The notes: generated by a model not told the origin, from the letters alone. A stretch of 64,000 bases of DNA from an uncultured Chloroflexia bacterium (GCA_963813335.1 CAWEYL010000004.1:93252-157251), one strand, 5' to 3'; shown: positions 1 through 11,444, counted from the first letter of the stretch. Translations and numbers: made by a program.

Positions 1-917
1 CGCAGCGCCTCCGTGATCTTGGCCATGTTCCAGCGCATCAACCCCACATACGTGTCGGCCGGCGCTGGGCCGAGGGCATCGTTATACAGGGTCGTGACGA
101 CGTTGGTGATGCCCGCCTCGCTCGCCAGCGTCTGCGCGAGTGCAGGACTGAACTGCGACTCGCTGAAGACGGCCTTGACGCCCGCCGCCTTGACGGTCTC
201 GACAAGCGCGGCAAGCTCGCCGGCCGACGGCTCCTGGCCCGGGTTCGCGAGGATGACCCCGACGACCTCGAAACCGAAGTGGCGCGCGAAGTACGGAAAG
301 GCGTCATGGAACGTCACGAGCTCGCGGTTCGCCTCGGGGATCGTGGCGACGGCATCGGCCAGCTCCGTGTCGAGGGCGGACAGCGTCGCCGCATACGCGG
401 TGGCGTTGGCCTGGTAGGCCGCCGCGCCGGCCGGGTCGATCTCGCTGAGCTTCGCCACGATGGCCGGCAGGTAGTGGTCGCGGACCAGGGTGGGATCGAG
501 CCAGAAATGGGGGTTGTCCTCTCCGTCGACCACGATCGTCGGGATGCCCTGGCCAAGGACGAGCTGCGGCGTCTGGCCACCGCTGCTCGAACCGATGAGC
601 TTGTCGAGGAAGTCGTCCAGCCCCACGCCGTTCGAGACGACCAGGTCGGCGCCGTCGAGCAGCCTGGCATCGTCGGGCTTGGGCTCATAGTCCTCGGGCC
701 CGACCCCGGGCGGGATGATCGAGGCGACCGATGCGCGACCACCCGTGACGTTGGCCACGATGTCCTCGAAGACCGTCGTCGTGGTGACGACCTTGAGCGC
801 CGCCGAGGCGGACGGACTCACGGCACTCGTCGTGCACCCGACGGCCGACAGGCCGGTCAGGAGCAGGACCGCGGTCAGTGTGAGACCCAGTCTCATGCGA
901 GGTCGGGCGGATGCCAT
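1..917 (-). CDS. Metal (Zn/Mn) ABC transporter substrate-binding lipoprotein, ZnuA/TroA family (runs off window edge)
   Basis: Manual translation: lipoprotein signal (…LSAVGC), VVTTTTVFEDIVANV, PEDYEP, NPHFWLDP, LVTFHDAFPYFARHFG, FSESQ; GGAGG RBS before ATG 917; no stop before base 1. Confidence 0.9.
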   Translation of the reverse strand, partial: MASARPRMRLGLTLTAVLLLTGLSAVGCTTSAVSPSASAALKVVTTTTVFEDIVANVTGGRASVASIIPPGVGPEDYEPKPDDARLLDGADLVVSNGVGLDDFLDKLIGSSSGGQTPQLVLGQGIPTIVVDGEDNPHFWLDPTLVRDHYLPAIVAKLSEIDPAGAAAYQANATAYAATLSALDTELADAVATIPEANRELVTFHDAFPYFARHFGFEVVGVILANPGQEPSAGELAALVETVKAAGVKAVFSESQFSPALAQTLASEAGITNVVTTLYNDALGPAPADTYVGLMRWNMAKITEAL

Positions 918-943
918 GATCGTTCCTCCAGGCCGAGGGTGGG

Positions 944-1396
944 TCAGGCGGTCGCGCTCGTCGGACCGGGCTGCGCGGCAAGACATGCCGGGCAGAGGCC
1001 GAAGAGCTCGAGGCGGTGGTCGTCGATGCGGTAGCCGGAGCGGCGGGCGATGTCCCGGACGACGGACCGCAGCCCGCGGTCGTCGATCTCCGCGGCACGT
1101 CCGCACCGAGAGCACACCACGTGATGGTGGTGGGCTGGCCGACAGGCGACGAACGCGTGCTCACCCGACAGGAGGTCGAGCCGCTCGATCACGCCCAGCT
1201 CGGTGAGCGCGTCGAGGGTTCGAAAGACGGTCGCGCGCCCGACGCGGAGGCGTCGGCGGCGGCTCTCGGCCAGGAGGTCGTGGGCGGTGAATGATCCCTC
1301 GTGCTCGGCGATCAGCTCGGCGAGCGTGCGGCGCGGTGCGGTCAGGCGATAGCCCGCGCGGTCGAGAGCGGTGACGATCGGGTCGAGGGTCTCCAT
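944..1396 (-). CDS. Fur-family transcriptional regulator (probably Zur)
   Basis: RLTAPR, RATVFRTL, HHHHVVCSRCG and CPAC motifs; directly upstream of the metal-binding protein gene. Confidence 0.92.
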   Translation of the reverse strand: METLDPIVTALDRAGYRLTAPRRTLAELIAEHEGSFTAHDLLAESRRRRLRVGRATVFRTLDALTELGVIERLDLLSGEHAFVACRPAHHHHVVCSRCGRAAEIDDRGLRSVVRDIARRSGYRIDDHRLELFGLCPACLAAQPGPTSATA

Positions 1397-1403
1397 GTAG
1401 CGA

Positions 1404-1444
1404 ACAATACTCGGTTTCGCCCGACCTGTCGATACTCAGTCTCA
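1404..1444 (-). promoter_or_regulatory. Leaderless sigma70 promoter of fur/zur with overlapping Fur-box-like site
   Basis: TCGACA(1432-1427)-17 nt-TATTGT(1409-1404)-7 nt-ATG; TGAGACTGAGTATCG (1444-1430) resembles a 7-1-7 Fur box and overlaps the -35. Confidence 0.5.
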
Positions 1445-1659
1445 GCAACGACGCGAGGACGGACCTCGGCGAGGCCCGACCACGGCCAGGCAGGCTCATC
1501 CTGGCGACACACGGCCGAAGCTTGACGCGTCACCAGAACGAGCCCGGCGCGGAGCGCGCCCTCGTCGTCATCCCTCTCCGCTGACGTCGTGAAACGGGCA
1601 CTTGCGGCATCCTTAGGCCGCCCACCCACCGTCCGAGACCCTTCCGGAGTCCGCCCGCC

Positions 1660-4438
1660 GTGCAGTCCGCCGCCGACCGCGAGAGCCCGCGCCGCACCAG
1701 CCCGTCCACCATGGGCTGGCTGGCGATCATCGTCATGGCGTTCATGGCGGGCGTCGGCATCATCGGCGCGCTGGCGTCCGTCGGCATCTTCCAGTCGCTG
1801 CTCCGCGACCTGAAGGACCCGCACGAGCTCACCTCGTACGTCCTGCCCGAGGAATCGGTCATCTACGACCGGACCGGCAAGATCGAGCTGGCCCGCTTCG
1901 GCGATTCGAAGCGCGATGTGGTCACCTACGACCAGATCCCGCCGGTCCTGCTCGATGCGACCACCGCGGTCGAGGACAAGACGTTCTGGGAGAACGCCGG
2001 CTTCGATCCGGTGGCGATCATCTCCGCCACCCTCGATTCGCTGCGCGGCAACAGCCGCGGCGCCTCGACCATCACCCAGCAGCTCGTCCGCGCGCGGCTG
2101 CTCGACGACAAGCTGGTCCAGGACCCCAGCCGGACCGCCGAGCGCAAGCTCAAGGAGATCATCCAGTCGATCCGCCTGACCGAGGCGTTCCCCGGGGTGA
2201 CCGGCAAGCAGCAGATCATCACCGCCTACCTCAACCAGAACTACTACGGCAACCAGGCCTACGGCGTTGCCGCCGCGGCCCAGGAGTACTTCGGGGTCTC
2301 GCTCGACAAGCTGACGCCGGCGCAGGCGGCGATCATCGCCGGACTCCCGAAGTCGCCGTCGAACTACGACCTCGTGCGCAACGCCATCGAGCAGTGCACG
2401 ACCGTGGTGGCCGCGGACGAGACGTGCCCCAAGTCGACGCTCGTGGTCCCCGACGACACGACCATCGTCCAGCGCCGGAACGACATCCTCGACCTGCTCG
2501 CCGAGGGCGACCGCACCCCGATGTCGGGCGACGCCTACAGCGCCGCCGATTTCGAGGCCGCCAAGCACGACGTCGTCACCCTGGCCAGCCAGGCGACCCC
2601 GCGCTGGATCGCCCCGCACTTCGTGTGGGCGGTCCGCGACGAGCTGACCGCCAAGCTGTGCGGCCCCGACGCGGAGACCTGCCCCGCGCTCGAGCAGGGC
2701 GGCCTGCGCGTCACGACGACCCTCGACGTCCCGATGCAGCGGATCGCCGAGAAGTGGGTCAAGGCGGCCGCGATCGTGCCCCACGCAAAGGATCCCAAGG
2801 CGGCCGCGAAGCGGCTCGGCTTCAAGGACGTCCAGCCATGGATGACCAACCTGTCGAACAAGAACGTCCGCAACAGCGCTCTCGTGGCGGTCGACTACCA
2901 GACCGGCGAGCTGGTCGCCTACGTGGGCAGCGCCGACTACTACTCCACCTCGACCAGCAAGCGCTTCCAGCCCCAGTACGACGTCGTGGGCAAGGGCTAT
3001 CGCCAGCCGGGCTCGGCGTTCAAGCCGTTCAACTACGTGGTGGGGATCGACGACGGGACGCTCACCGCCGGCTCGATGTTCATGGACAGCGCGACCGACT
3101 TCGGCGGCGGCTACACGCCGAGCGATGCCGACAACCTCGAGCGCGGGCCGGTCCGCCTGCGGACGGCGCTCCAGTTCTCGCTCAACATCCCGTCGGTCAA
3201 GGCGATGCAGATCAACTCGCCGGCCCGCGTCTTCGCCAAGGCCAAGGACTTCGGCATGACCTTCCAGGCCGACACGACGAACGCTGGCCTGGCCCTGGCG
3301 CTCGGCGTCCAGGAGGTCCGGCCGGTCGACCTCGTGACCGCCTACGGCACGTTCGGCAACGCCGGCAAGCGGGTCGACCACACCACGATCCTGACCGTCA
3401 CCGACCGGGACGGGACCGACGTGATCCCACCCTACGTGCCACCGGCGGGCACGCCCGTGGTGAGCCCGCAGGCCGCCTTCGTCATCACCGACATCCTGGC
3501 CGGCAACACCAACCCCAACGTCAACCCGTTCTGGGGCAAGTTCGCGATCGATTCGCCGGACGGCCGACGCCCGGCGACCCTCAAGACCGGGACCAACAAC
3601 GACGCCAAGGACCTCAACGCCTACGGCTACATCGCGGCCCCGTCCAAGGCGGCCCGCGCCGACGGCGCCTACGCGCTGGCGGTCGGCGTCTGGGACGGCA
3701 ACAGCGACAACACGCCGGTCGGGAACGTCTTCTCGATCAACGTCGCCACGTACGTCTGGCAGGGGTTCCTCGAGGAGGCCACCAAGACCTGGCCGATCGC
3801 GAAGTTCACCCGCCCGGATGGCCTGACCCGTGCCTCGATCGACCCGTGGACCGGGCTGCTCGCCGACAAGGGCGGCAAGTCCGTCGACGAGTGGTTCATC
3901 GGCAACAGCGCGCCGACGAAGCAGCTCACTGCCAACACGTGCGGCGTCGACGTCCTCACGGAGCCCGGCGTCGGCTTCGAGAGCCGCTACGACAACTGGA
4001 TGAAAGCCGACCGCGACTGGCTCCGCCGGGCCGAGAAGGGCCCCGGCACGGTCGGCGGACCCGAGCGGACCAAGACCGCGTACTTCTACAACCCCACCTA
4101 CCATCCGTACGGGCGCTCGTGGGGCGCGTTCGTCGGCGCCGGCGAGCTGCGGGCCGAGCCCGAGCCCGTCGCCGTCGTGCATCCCGCTGCCGACCCCGGA
4201 CGCCAGCGGCGTCGTCCCGTCCTTCGAGCTGCCGACACCGGATCCGAACGCCTCTGGTGCGGTCGCCCCGGTGTTCTGCCCACCGGCCTCGCCATCCCCG
4301 ACCCCATCCGAGAGCGCGCCGCCCTCGGCGGAGCCCACGCCGACACCGACGCCCACGCCCACCCCGACACCGACGCCGACCCCCACGCCCACGCCGACAC
4401 CCACCCCGACACCGACCCCGCCGCCGCCCGCTCCGTAG
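1660..4438 (+). CDS. Class A penicillin-binding protein (transglycosylase/transpeptidase) with Pro/Thr-rich tail; +1 frameshift near 4144
   Basis: EDKTFWENAGFD, GASTITQQL, RKLKE, SAFK (SxxK), SLN, KTGT motifs; the shifted frame continues as an S/P/T-rich tail to TAG 4436-4438. Confidence 0.9.
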
Positions 4439-4470
4439 CGGGCCGCCGGCCGTCGGCTAGCATCGCGGCC

Positions 4471-5304
4471 ATGGACGACGTCATCGCCATCGACGGGCTC
4501 GTGGTCCGGCGCGCCGGCCGGACGATCCTCGGCCCGCTCGACTGGCACGTCCGCCCGGGCGAGCGCTGGGTCATCATCGGGGCGAACGGCTCGGGCAAGA
4601 CCACGCTGCTGTCCGTCGCCGGCCTGACGCTCTGGCCGACGGCGGGCACGGTCGAGGTCCTCGGGGCCCGCTACGGCAAGGTCGACAGCCGCGAGGTGCG
4701 CCGCCGCATCGGCTCGGCGGGGAGTGCCGTCGAGGCGGTCCTGCGCGACGACCTCACCCCGGTCGACCTCGTCATGACCGCACGCAACGCCGCCACCGAG
4801 CCGTGGTGGCACGAGTACCACGATGCCGACCGCGAACGTGCCCGGTCGCTGCTGGCCGACCTCGGCATGGCCGCGGCGGCGGACCAGCCGCACGGGACGC
4901 TGTCCGCCGGCGAGCGCCGGCGGGTCTCGATCGCCCGCGCCCTCATGCCCGACCCGGACCTGCTCCTGCTCGACGAGCCGGCGGCCAGCCTGGACCTCGG
5001 GGCGCGCGAGACGCTCCTCGCGGACCTCGCCCGGCTGGCGGCGGCGGCGCAGCCGTCGGCCATCGTCCTGGTCTCGCACCACCTCGAGGAGATCCCGACG
5101 GGGTTCACCCACGGCCTCGTGCTCAGGGCGGGCCGCGTCGTGGCGGCCGGGCTGCTGGAGGCCGTTCTGACCGGCCCGGTACTCAGCGACGCCTTCGGAC
5201 TGCCCCTGCTGGTCGAGCACCGCGACGGTCGCGCGTGGGCACGCCTGCGGCCGGCCGCCGACATCGAGCCGTCACACGCCGCTGCCACGCTCCCGGAACG
5301 ATGA
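4471..5304 (+). CDS. ABC transporter ATP-binding protein (ModF/YlmA-like)
   Basis: GANGSGKTT, LSAGE, LLLLDEP, SHH; own TAGCAT -10 box 7 nt before the ATG; fusion to the PBP in the ORF track comes from the frameshift. Confidence 0.88.
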   Translation: MDDVIAIDGLVVRRAGRTILGPLDWHVRPGERWVIIGANGSGKTTLLSVAGLTLWPTAGTVEVLGARYGKVDSREVRRRIGSAGSAVEAVLRDDLTPVDLVMTARNAATEPWWHEYHDADRERARSLLADLGMAAAADQPHGTLSAGERRRVSIARALMPDPDLLLLDEPAASLDLGARETLLADLARLAAAAQPSAIVLVSHHLEEIPTGFTHGLVLRAGRVVAAGLLEAVLTGPVLSDAFGLPLLVEHRDGRAWARLRPAADIEPSHAAATLPER

Positions 5305-6845
5305 CCTCGACCTCACGCGCCGCCATGGGCGGCATCGCCGCCACGGCGGTCGCCCTCGGCACCTCGGAACTCCTCGCCGGTCTCCTGGCGGGCGCCAGCT
5401 CGCTCGTCGCCGGGATCGGCCAGCTCGTGATCGACCTGCAGCCGCCGGGTGCCAAGGACGTGATGGTCGGGCTGTTCGGGACCAACGACAAGCTCGCCCT
5501 CGAGGTGTCCATCGTCGTCGTGGCGCTGGCCATCGGGGCCGGGCTGGGGATCGTCGCTCGCTCGCGCCTCGGCCTCGCCTCCATCGGCTTCGCCCTGTTC
5601 GGGGTCGTCGGCTTCCTCGCCGCCCTGCGCGACCCGCTGGCATCGGCACCGATCACCGCGGTGGCGGCTGCGGTCTCGGTCGCGCTCGGGATCTGGGTCC
5701 TCGGCTGGCTGGTCGGCCCGCGCCGGGCCACGGCGCCGGCCCGCGTCGTCGGCCCGACCGCCGAGCGGACGATGCCCGACTGGTCGCGACGGTCGTTCAT
5801 GGTCCGGGCGGGGGGCGTCACCGCCGCCGCGGTGGTCGCCGGCATCGGCGGTCGTGCGCTCCTCGACCGCCAGCGCGCGATCCCCGACCAGGCCGACAGC
5901 ACGATCCCGCCGGCGTCAGTGACGGTCCCCGCGCTCGGCGCGGACCAGGACCTCCAACCGACCGTCGCCGGGCTGACCCCGATCGTGATGCCGAACGAGC
6001 GCTTCTACCGGATCGACACGACCCTCCTGACGCCGATCGTCGAGACCGCGGACTGGTCATTGCGCATCCACGGCCTGGTCGACCGCGAGACGACGCTGAC
6101 CTGGGAGGAGCTGGTCGGGCTGCCGATGTTCGAGCAGTACGTGACGATCGCCTGCGTCAGCAACGAGGTCGGCGGGAAGCTCGTCGGCAACGCGAAGTGG
6201 ACCGGCGTCCGCCTCCGCGAGGTCCTCGCCATGGCCGGCGTCCAGGCGTCGGCCACGCAGCTCGTCGGGCGCTCGGTGGACGGCTGGACCGCCGGCATGC
6301 CGACCGCCTGGGTCATGGACCCGCAGCGCGAGCCGATGATCGCGGTCCGCATGAACGACCAGCCGCTCCCGGCCGCCCATGGCTTCCCGGCGCGGCTCAT
6401 CGTCCCCGGGCTGTACGGCTACGTGTCGGCCACCAAGTGGCTCGCCGAGCTCGAGCTGACCACGCTCGAGGCCTTCGACGGCTACTGGGTCCCGCTCGGC
6501 TGGTCGAAGGAGGCGCCGATCCTGACGCAGTCGCGCATCGACACCCCCGTCGGTTCGGCCGTCGCCGGGCAGGTCGCGATCGCCGGGATCGCCTGGGCAC
6601 CGGACCGTGGGGTCAGCCGCGTCGAGGTGTCCGTCGACGGCACATGGCACGACGCCCGGCTGTCGCGCCCGATCTCGGATGCCACGTGGGTCCAGTGGGT
6701 GCTGGACTGGGCCGCCACGCCGGGCGACCACACGATCCAGGTCCGCGCCACCGACGGGGCCGGCCAGACCCAGACCGAGCAGCCGAGCCCGCCGGCCCCG
6801 GATGGCGCCCGCGGCTGGGACACCCGGGCCATCCACGTCAGCTGA
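5301..6845 (+). CDS. Membrane-anchored molybdopterin-dependent oxidoreductase (sulfite oxidase family)
   Basis: N-terminal TM helices, SRRSF Tat-like motif, TIACVSNEVGG, HGFPARLIVPGLYGYVSATKW, C-terminal dimerisation domain; ATGA overlap. Confidence 0.88.
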   Translation: MTSTSRAAMGGIAATAVALGTSELLAGLLAGASSLVAGIGQLVIDLQPPGAKDVMVGLFGTNDKLALEVSIVVVALAIGAGLGIVARSRLGLASIGFALFGVVGFLAALRDPLASAPITAVAAAVSVALGIWVLGWLVGPRRATAPARVVGPTAERTMPDWSRRSFMVRAGGVTAAAVVAGIGGRALLDRQRAIPDQADSTIPPASVTVPALGADQDLQPTVAGLTPIVMPNERFYRIDTTLLTPIVETADWSLRIHGLVDRETTLTWEELVGLPMFEQYVTIACVSNEVGGKLVGNAKWTGVRLREVLAMAGVQASATQLVGRSVDGWTAGMPTAWVMDPQREPMIAVRMNDQPLPAAHGFPARLIVPGLYGYVSATKWLAELELTTLEAFDGYWVPLGWSKEAPILTQSRIDTPVGSAVAGQVAIAGIAWAPDRGVSRVEVSVDGTWHDARLSRPISDATWVQWVLDWAATPGDHTIQVRATDGAGQTQTEQPSPPAPDGARGWDTRAIHVS

Positions 6846-6879
6846 CGGTCCGTCGGCCGAATCGGTATAGATTCCGGAC

Positions 6880-7449
6880 ATGCCCCGACGTCGCTACATC
6901 TTCGATCCGCCCGAACGCTTCGTCGCCGGCACCATCGGCGAGCCCGGCGACCGGGCGTTCTTCCTGCAGGCCCGCGAGGGGCAGCGCGTGGTCAGCGTCG
7001 CGCTCGAGAAGGTCCAGGTGAGCGTCCTCGCCGAGCGGCTCTGGGAGCTCCTGGCCGAGCTCGAGCGGCGCGGCGTCCCCGAGGCGGCATCGGCCGCGAG
7101 CGGACCGGCCGCGGCCCGCGACGACGAGCCGCTCGACGAGCCGCTCAACGAGGCCTTCCGCGCGGGCTCGCTGACGCTGGGCTGGGACGTCGGCGCGGAG
7201 CGGGTGCTCCTCGAGGCACGCGGCCTGGACGAGGACGGCGACCCGATCGACCCGGAGGACGATGACGACGCGGACGAGGACGGCCCGGACCTGCTGCGCG
7301 TGCGCCTGACCGCGGACGCCGCCCGCTCCTTCGTCGAGCGGGCGCACCGCGTGGTCGCCGGCGGGCGGCCGCCGTGCCCGCTGTGCGGCCAGCCGCTCGA
7401 TCCGCAGGGCCACATCTGCGCCCGTCGCAACGGCCACTACCTCAACTAG
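6880..7449 (+). CDS. DUF3090 family protein
   Basis: FVAGTIGEPGDRAFFLQA, LEKVQV, GRPPCPLCGQPLDPQGHICARRNG. Confidence 0.85.
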   Translation: MPRRRYIFDPPERFVAGTIGEPGDRAFFLQAREGQRVVSVALEKVQVSVLAERLWELLAELERRGVPEAASAASGPAAARDDEPLDEPLNEAFRAGSLTLGWDVGAERVLLEARGLDEDGDPIDPEDDDDADEDGPDLLRVRLTADAARSFVERAHRVVAGGRPPCPLCGQPLDPQGHICARRNGHYLN

Positions 7450-7456
7450 CCGGCCG

Positions 7457-8191
7457 ATGCTCGACCCGGCGACGACGCTGGACGTCCTGCGCGAGGGCGA
7501 GATCGACGTGGTCGGGCGCATCGTCGAGTCGTCCAACAACGCGATGCTGGTCTCGGTCACGCGGCCGTGCCCGGAACCCGGCCCCTCGACCGTCATCGAC
7601 GCCATCTACAAGCCGACGCTCGGCGAGCGGCCGCTCGACGACTTCCCGGACGGGACGCTGAGCCATCGCGAGATGGCGGCCTGGCACGTGTCCGAGGCGA
7701 GCGGCTGGGGGATCGTCCCGCCGACCGTGCTGCGCGACGGGCCGTTCGGCGACGGGATGCTCCAGGCGTACGTCGAGCCCGACCCCGCGGTGGACGTCAT
7801 GGCCTGGGTCTACGAGGACGACCCGCGCCTGCGCCGGATGGCCGTCCTGGACGCGGCGATGAACAACACCGACCGCAAGGGCGGCCACATCCTGCCGGTC
7901 GACGGTGGCCGCCACGTCTACGGCGTCGACCACGGCGTCTGCTTCTCGCCGGTGCCCAAGCTGCGGACCGTGCTGTGGGCGTGGCGCGGCACGCCGTTCG
8001 CCCCCGACGAGGTCGCCGGCCTGGAGCGGATCCGGGCAAGCCTGGACAGCGACCTGGGCGCCTCGCTGCGCGGGCTGCTCTCCGCGGTCGAGGTCCGCGC
8101 GACGCGGCGCCGGCTGGACGGCCTGCTCGCCGAGGGCCGGTTCCCGCTCCCCTCCCCGAGCTGGCCGGCCATCCCCTGGCCCCCGTTCTGA
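7457..8191 (+). CDS. SCO1664 family protein (PI3/4-kinase-like)
   Basis: SSN, IYKP..GERPLDDFPDGTL..RE, NNTDRKGGH, VDHG, AIPWPPF C-terminus; follows DUF3090. Confidence 0.85.
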   Translation: MLDPATTLDVLREGEIDVVGRIVESSNNAMLVSVTRPCPEPGPSTVIDAIYKPTLGERPLDDFPDGTLSHREMAAWHVSEASGWGIVPPTVLRDGPFGDGMLQAYVEPDPAVDVMAWVYEDDPRLRRMAVLDAAMNNTDRKGGHILPVDGGRHVYGVDHGVCFSPVPKLRTVLWAWRGTPFAPDEVAGLERIRASLDSDLGASLRGLLSAVEVRATRRRLDGLLAEGRFPLPSPSWPAIPWPPF

Positions 8192-8262
8192 CCGGCCTGG
8201 GCGGCACGGCCTGACGGAAACGCCGGCGGCCCGGTGGCGCACGATAGGCGCCGGAGGTGCGG

Positions 8263-9861
8263 ATGCGGCGCTGGAACGGGTGGGGCGAGGACGACGTCGA
8301 GGTGACCCTGGCAGCGGGCGCGCGCGGCCTGCTGGAGCGGCTCATCGGACCCGGCGCGCCCCAGCCCGACGCGAGCCTCGAGGACGTCCTGGCGGCCGTG
8401 CCGGCGTCACGGTTGAAGCCGGATGCGCGCCTGGACCTCGACCCCGAGTCGCGTCTCCGCCATGCGACCGGCCAGAGCCTGCCGGACTGGATCGCCATCC
8501 GCTCCGGCCGCATCCGGGCCGTCCCCGACGCCGTGGCCCGCCCGGTCAGCCGCGCCGACGCCCGCGAGCTGCTCGCGCTCGCCGCGGCGCGAGGCGCGCG
8601 CCTGGTCCCGTACGGCGGCGGCACGAGCGTCGTCGGGGGCGTGACGATCCGGCCGGGCGACGAGCCGGTCATCACGGTCGCCCTCGAGGGCATGGCCGGG
8701 CTCACCGACCTCGACCCGGCGAGCGGGCTCGCGACGTTCGGCGCCGGGGCGCTCGGCCCGACGGTCGAGGCGGAGCTGGGCGCGGTCGGCCTCACGCTCG
8801 GGCACTACCCGCAGTCGTGGGAGCTCTCGACGGTCGGCGGCTGGGTCGCCGCGCGCTCGGCCGGCCAGGAATCGATCGGCTCGGGACGGATCGAGGCGCT
8901 CTTCGCGGGCGGGCACGTCGAGACGCCGGCCGGTCCGCTCGAGCTGCCGACCCACCCCGCCTCGGCCGCCGGGCCGGACCTGCGCCACCTGATCCTGGGC
9001 TCCGAGGGCCGGGCCGGGATCATCACCGACGTCGTCGTCCGCGCGCGGCCGATCGCCGAGACGACGAAACGGGTCGCGTTCGTGCTCGGGGGCTGGCCGC
9101 GGGCCGTCGCCTTCGCGCGGGACCTGGCCCGCTCCGGCGTGCCCCTCGACATGGTCCGCGTCTCGACCCCGCTCGAGACCGCGACCACCTTCGCGCTGGC
9201 CGGCGACGCACGCGGCGCGCGGTTCCTGCGCCGCTACCTCGCCCTGCGCGCCCCCGACGGCGAGCGCTGCCTCGCGATCGTCGGCGTCTCCGGTTCGAGC
9301 CGGGTGGTCGGCGCCGCGCTCCGTGATGTCGGCGCGATCGCCGCGACGCGCGCCGCCGTCCGCGTCCCCGGGGTGGCCGCCGCCTGGGAGCGGCAGCGCT
9401 TCCGCAGCGCCTACCTGCGCAACACCCTGTGGGACGCCGGATACGCGGTGGACACCCTGGAGACCGCGGTCGACTGGGGCCGCCTGGAGCCGCTGGCGGC
9501 GGCGCTCGGCCCGGCCCTTCGCCGCGGCCTCGAGCCGCTCGGCGAGCGCGTCCACGCGTTCAGCCACCTCTCGCACGTCTACCGCAGCGGGTCGAGCCTC
9601 TACGCCACGTACGTGTTCCGGCTGGCGCCCGACCCGGACGAGACGCTCGAGCGCTGGCGCCGCCTGAAGACCGCCGCGAGCGAGGTCATCGTCGCCCACG
9701 GCGGGACCATCAGCCACCAGCACGGCGTGGGGACCGACCACGTGCCCTACCTCGAGGCCGAGAAGGGCGCGGTCGGGATGGCGACGCTGCGCGCCGCGTT
9801 CGGCGCGCTCGACCCCGACGGGATCATGGCGCCGGGCGTGCTCCTCGGGGACGGGTCGTGA
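8263..9861 (+). CDS. FAD-binding oxidoreductase, alkyl-dihydroxyacetonephosphate-synthase-like
   Basis: MRRWNGWG start, PYGGGTSVVGG, HYPQSWELSTVGGW, GSEGRAGII, HLSHVY, SHQHGVG. Confidence 0.85.
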   Translation: MRRWNGWGEDDVEVTLAAGARGLLERLIGPGAPQPDASLEDVLAAVPASRLKPDARLDLDPESRLRHATGQSLPDWIAIRSGRIRAVPDAVARPVSRADARELLALAAARGARLVPYGGGTSVVGGVTIRPGDEPVITVALEGMAGLTDLDPASGLATFGAGALGPTVEAELGAVGLTLGHYPQSWELSTVGGWVAARSAGQESIGSGRIEALFAGGHVETPAGPLELPTHPASAAGPDLRHLILGSEGRAGIITDVVVRARPIAETTKRVAFVLGGWPRAVAFARDLARSGVPLDMVRVSTPLETATTFALAGDARGARFLRRYLALRAPDGERCLAIVGVSGSSRVVGAALRDVGAIAATRAAVRVPGVAAAWERQRFRSAYLRNTLWDAGYAVDTLETAVDWGRLEPLAAALGPALRRGLEPLGERVHAFSHLSHVYRSGSSLYATYVFRLAPDPDETLERWRRLKTAASEVIVAHGGTISHQHGVGTDHVPYLEAEKGAVGMATLRAAFGALDPDGIMAPGVLLGDGS

Positions 9862-11419
9862 CCGGCGACACCATCGTCGCCATCGATGTCGGGACGCAGA
9901 GCGTGCGGGCGATCGCCTTCGACCCCGACGGGCGTGGTCCTCGCCGGCGCGAAGGTCCCGATCGAGCCGTACGTCTCGCCGCGGCCGGGCTGCGCGGAGC
10001 AGGACCCCGAGCTCTACTGGCGCTCGATCGGCGAGGCCACCCGGCGGCTGCTCGCCGACCCCGCGGTGCGCCGTGACGCGATCGCCGGGGTGACGCTGAC
10101 CACGCAGCGCGGGACGATCGTGGTGACCGACGAGGCCGGCGAGCCGATCCGCCCCGCCATCGTCTGGCTCGACCAGTGCCGCGCCGCCGATCCGCCGCGT
10201 GTCGGCGGCGCGATGGGCGCCGTGTTCCGGGTCACGGGCCTGACCGACACGGTCGCCGGCTTCGCCGCCGACTGCGAGGCGAACTGGCTGCGCGAGGCCG
10301 AGCCCGAGGCCTGGGCGCGCGTCCGCCACTACGTCGGGTTGTCCGGCTACCTGACGCACCGGCTGACCGGCCGCTGGGTCGACGCCACCGCGGCGCAGGT
10401 CGGCTACCTGCCGTTCGACTACAAGCGCCTCCGCTGGGCCGCGCCGGGCGACTGGAAGTGGACCGTCGCCCCGCTCGACCCGGGCTGGCTCCCGGAGCTG
10501 GTGGCGCCGGCCGGGCGGCTCGGCGAGCTCAGCGCGGCCGCCGCCGAGGCCACGGGCCTGCCGGCCGGCCTGCCGCGTGGTCGCCGCGGCCGCCGACAAG
10601 GCCTGCGAGGTGCTCGGCTCGGGTGCGACCGGCCCGGACACCGTCGGGATCTCGTACGGCACGGCGGCGACCGCCAACGTCACGAGCCTGCGCTACGTCG
10701 AGCCCATCCCGCTGATCCCGCCGTTCCCGGCCGCCATCCCCGGCGCCTGGACGCTGGAGACCCAGGTCTACCGCGGCTACTGGATGGTGGAGTGGTTCAA
10801 GCGCGAATTCGGCGACCGCGAGGTGGCCGAGGCGGCCGAGCGCGGGATCGCCCCGGAGGTGCTGTTCGACGAGCTCGCCCGCACGGTCCCGGCCGGTTCG
10901 GACGGCCTGATGCTCCAGCCGTACTGGTCGCCGGGCGTGCGCATCCCGGGTCCCGAGGCGCGCGGTGCGATCATCGGCTTCCAGGCGGGCCACAGCCGCG
11001 CCCACCTCTACCGGGCGATCCTCGAGGGCCTTGCCTACGCGCTCCGCGAGGGCGCCGAGCGCACCGCCGCCCGCACGCACGTGCCGATCACCTCGGCCCG
11101 CATCGCCGGCGGCGGTGCCCAGAGCCCGGCCGCGGTCCAGCTGACCGCGGACGTGTTCGGGCTGCCCGTAGGCCGCGCCCACACGCACGAGACCTCGGCC
11201 CTGGGCGCGGCGATCGATGCCGCCGTGGGCCTCGGCTTCCACCCGGACGTCGCGAGCGCGGCCGCGGCGATGATCCGGGTCGCCGAGGTCCGCGATCCCG
11301 AGCCAGTCGCGCGCGACCGCTACGACGAGCTGTACCGCTCGGTCTACCGCCCGATGTACGGGCGGCTGCGACCCCTCTACCGGGCTCTGCGCCGCATCAC
11401 GGCCGAGCGCGGGACCTGA
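9858..11419 (+). CDS. FGGY-family carbohydrate kinase (frameshifts near 9930 and 10577)
   Basis: [49 protein letters not shown] spread over three frames; GTGA overlap. Confidence 0.85.
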
Positions 11420-11444
11420 CGTCGCCGCGCGGCGGGCCTCGTCC

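Noticed and set aside
4335-4420. 6-bp periodic repeat
   Set aside because: Simply encodes the (Pro-Thr)n tail of the PBP
1660-5304. Apparent 1214-aa PBP1A-ABC ATPase fusion
   Set aside because: Produced by a +1 insertion near 4144; the real PBP tail ends at TAG 4438 and the ATPase has its own -10 box and ATG
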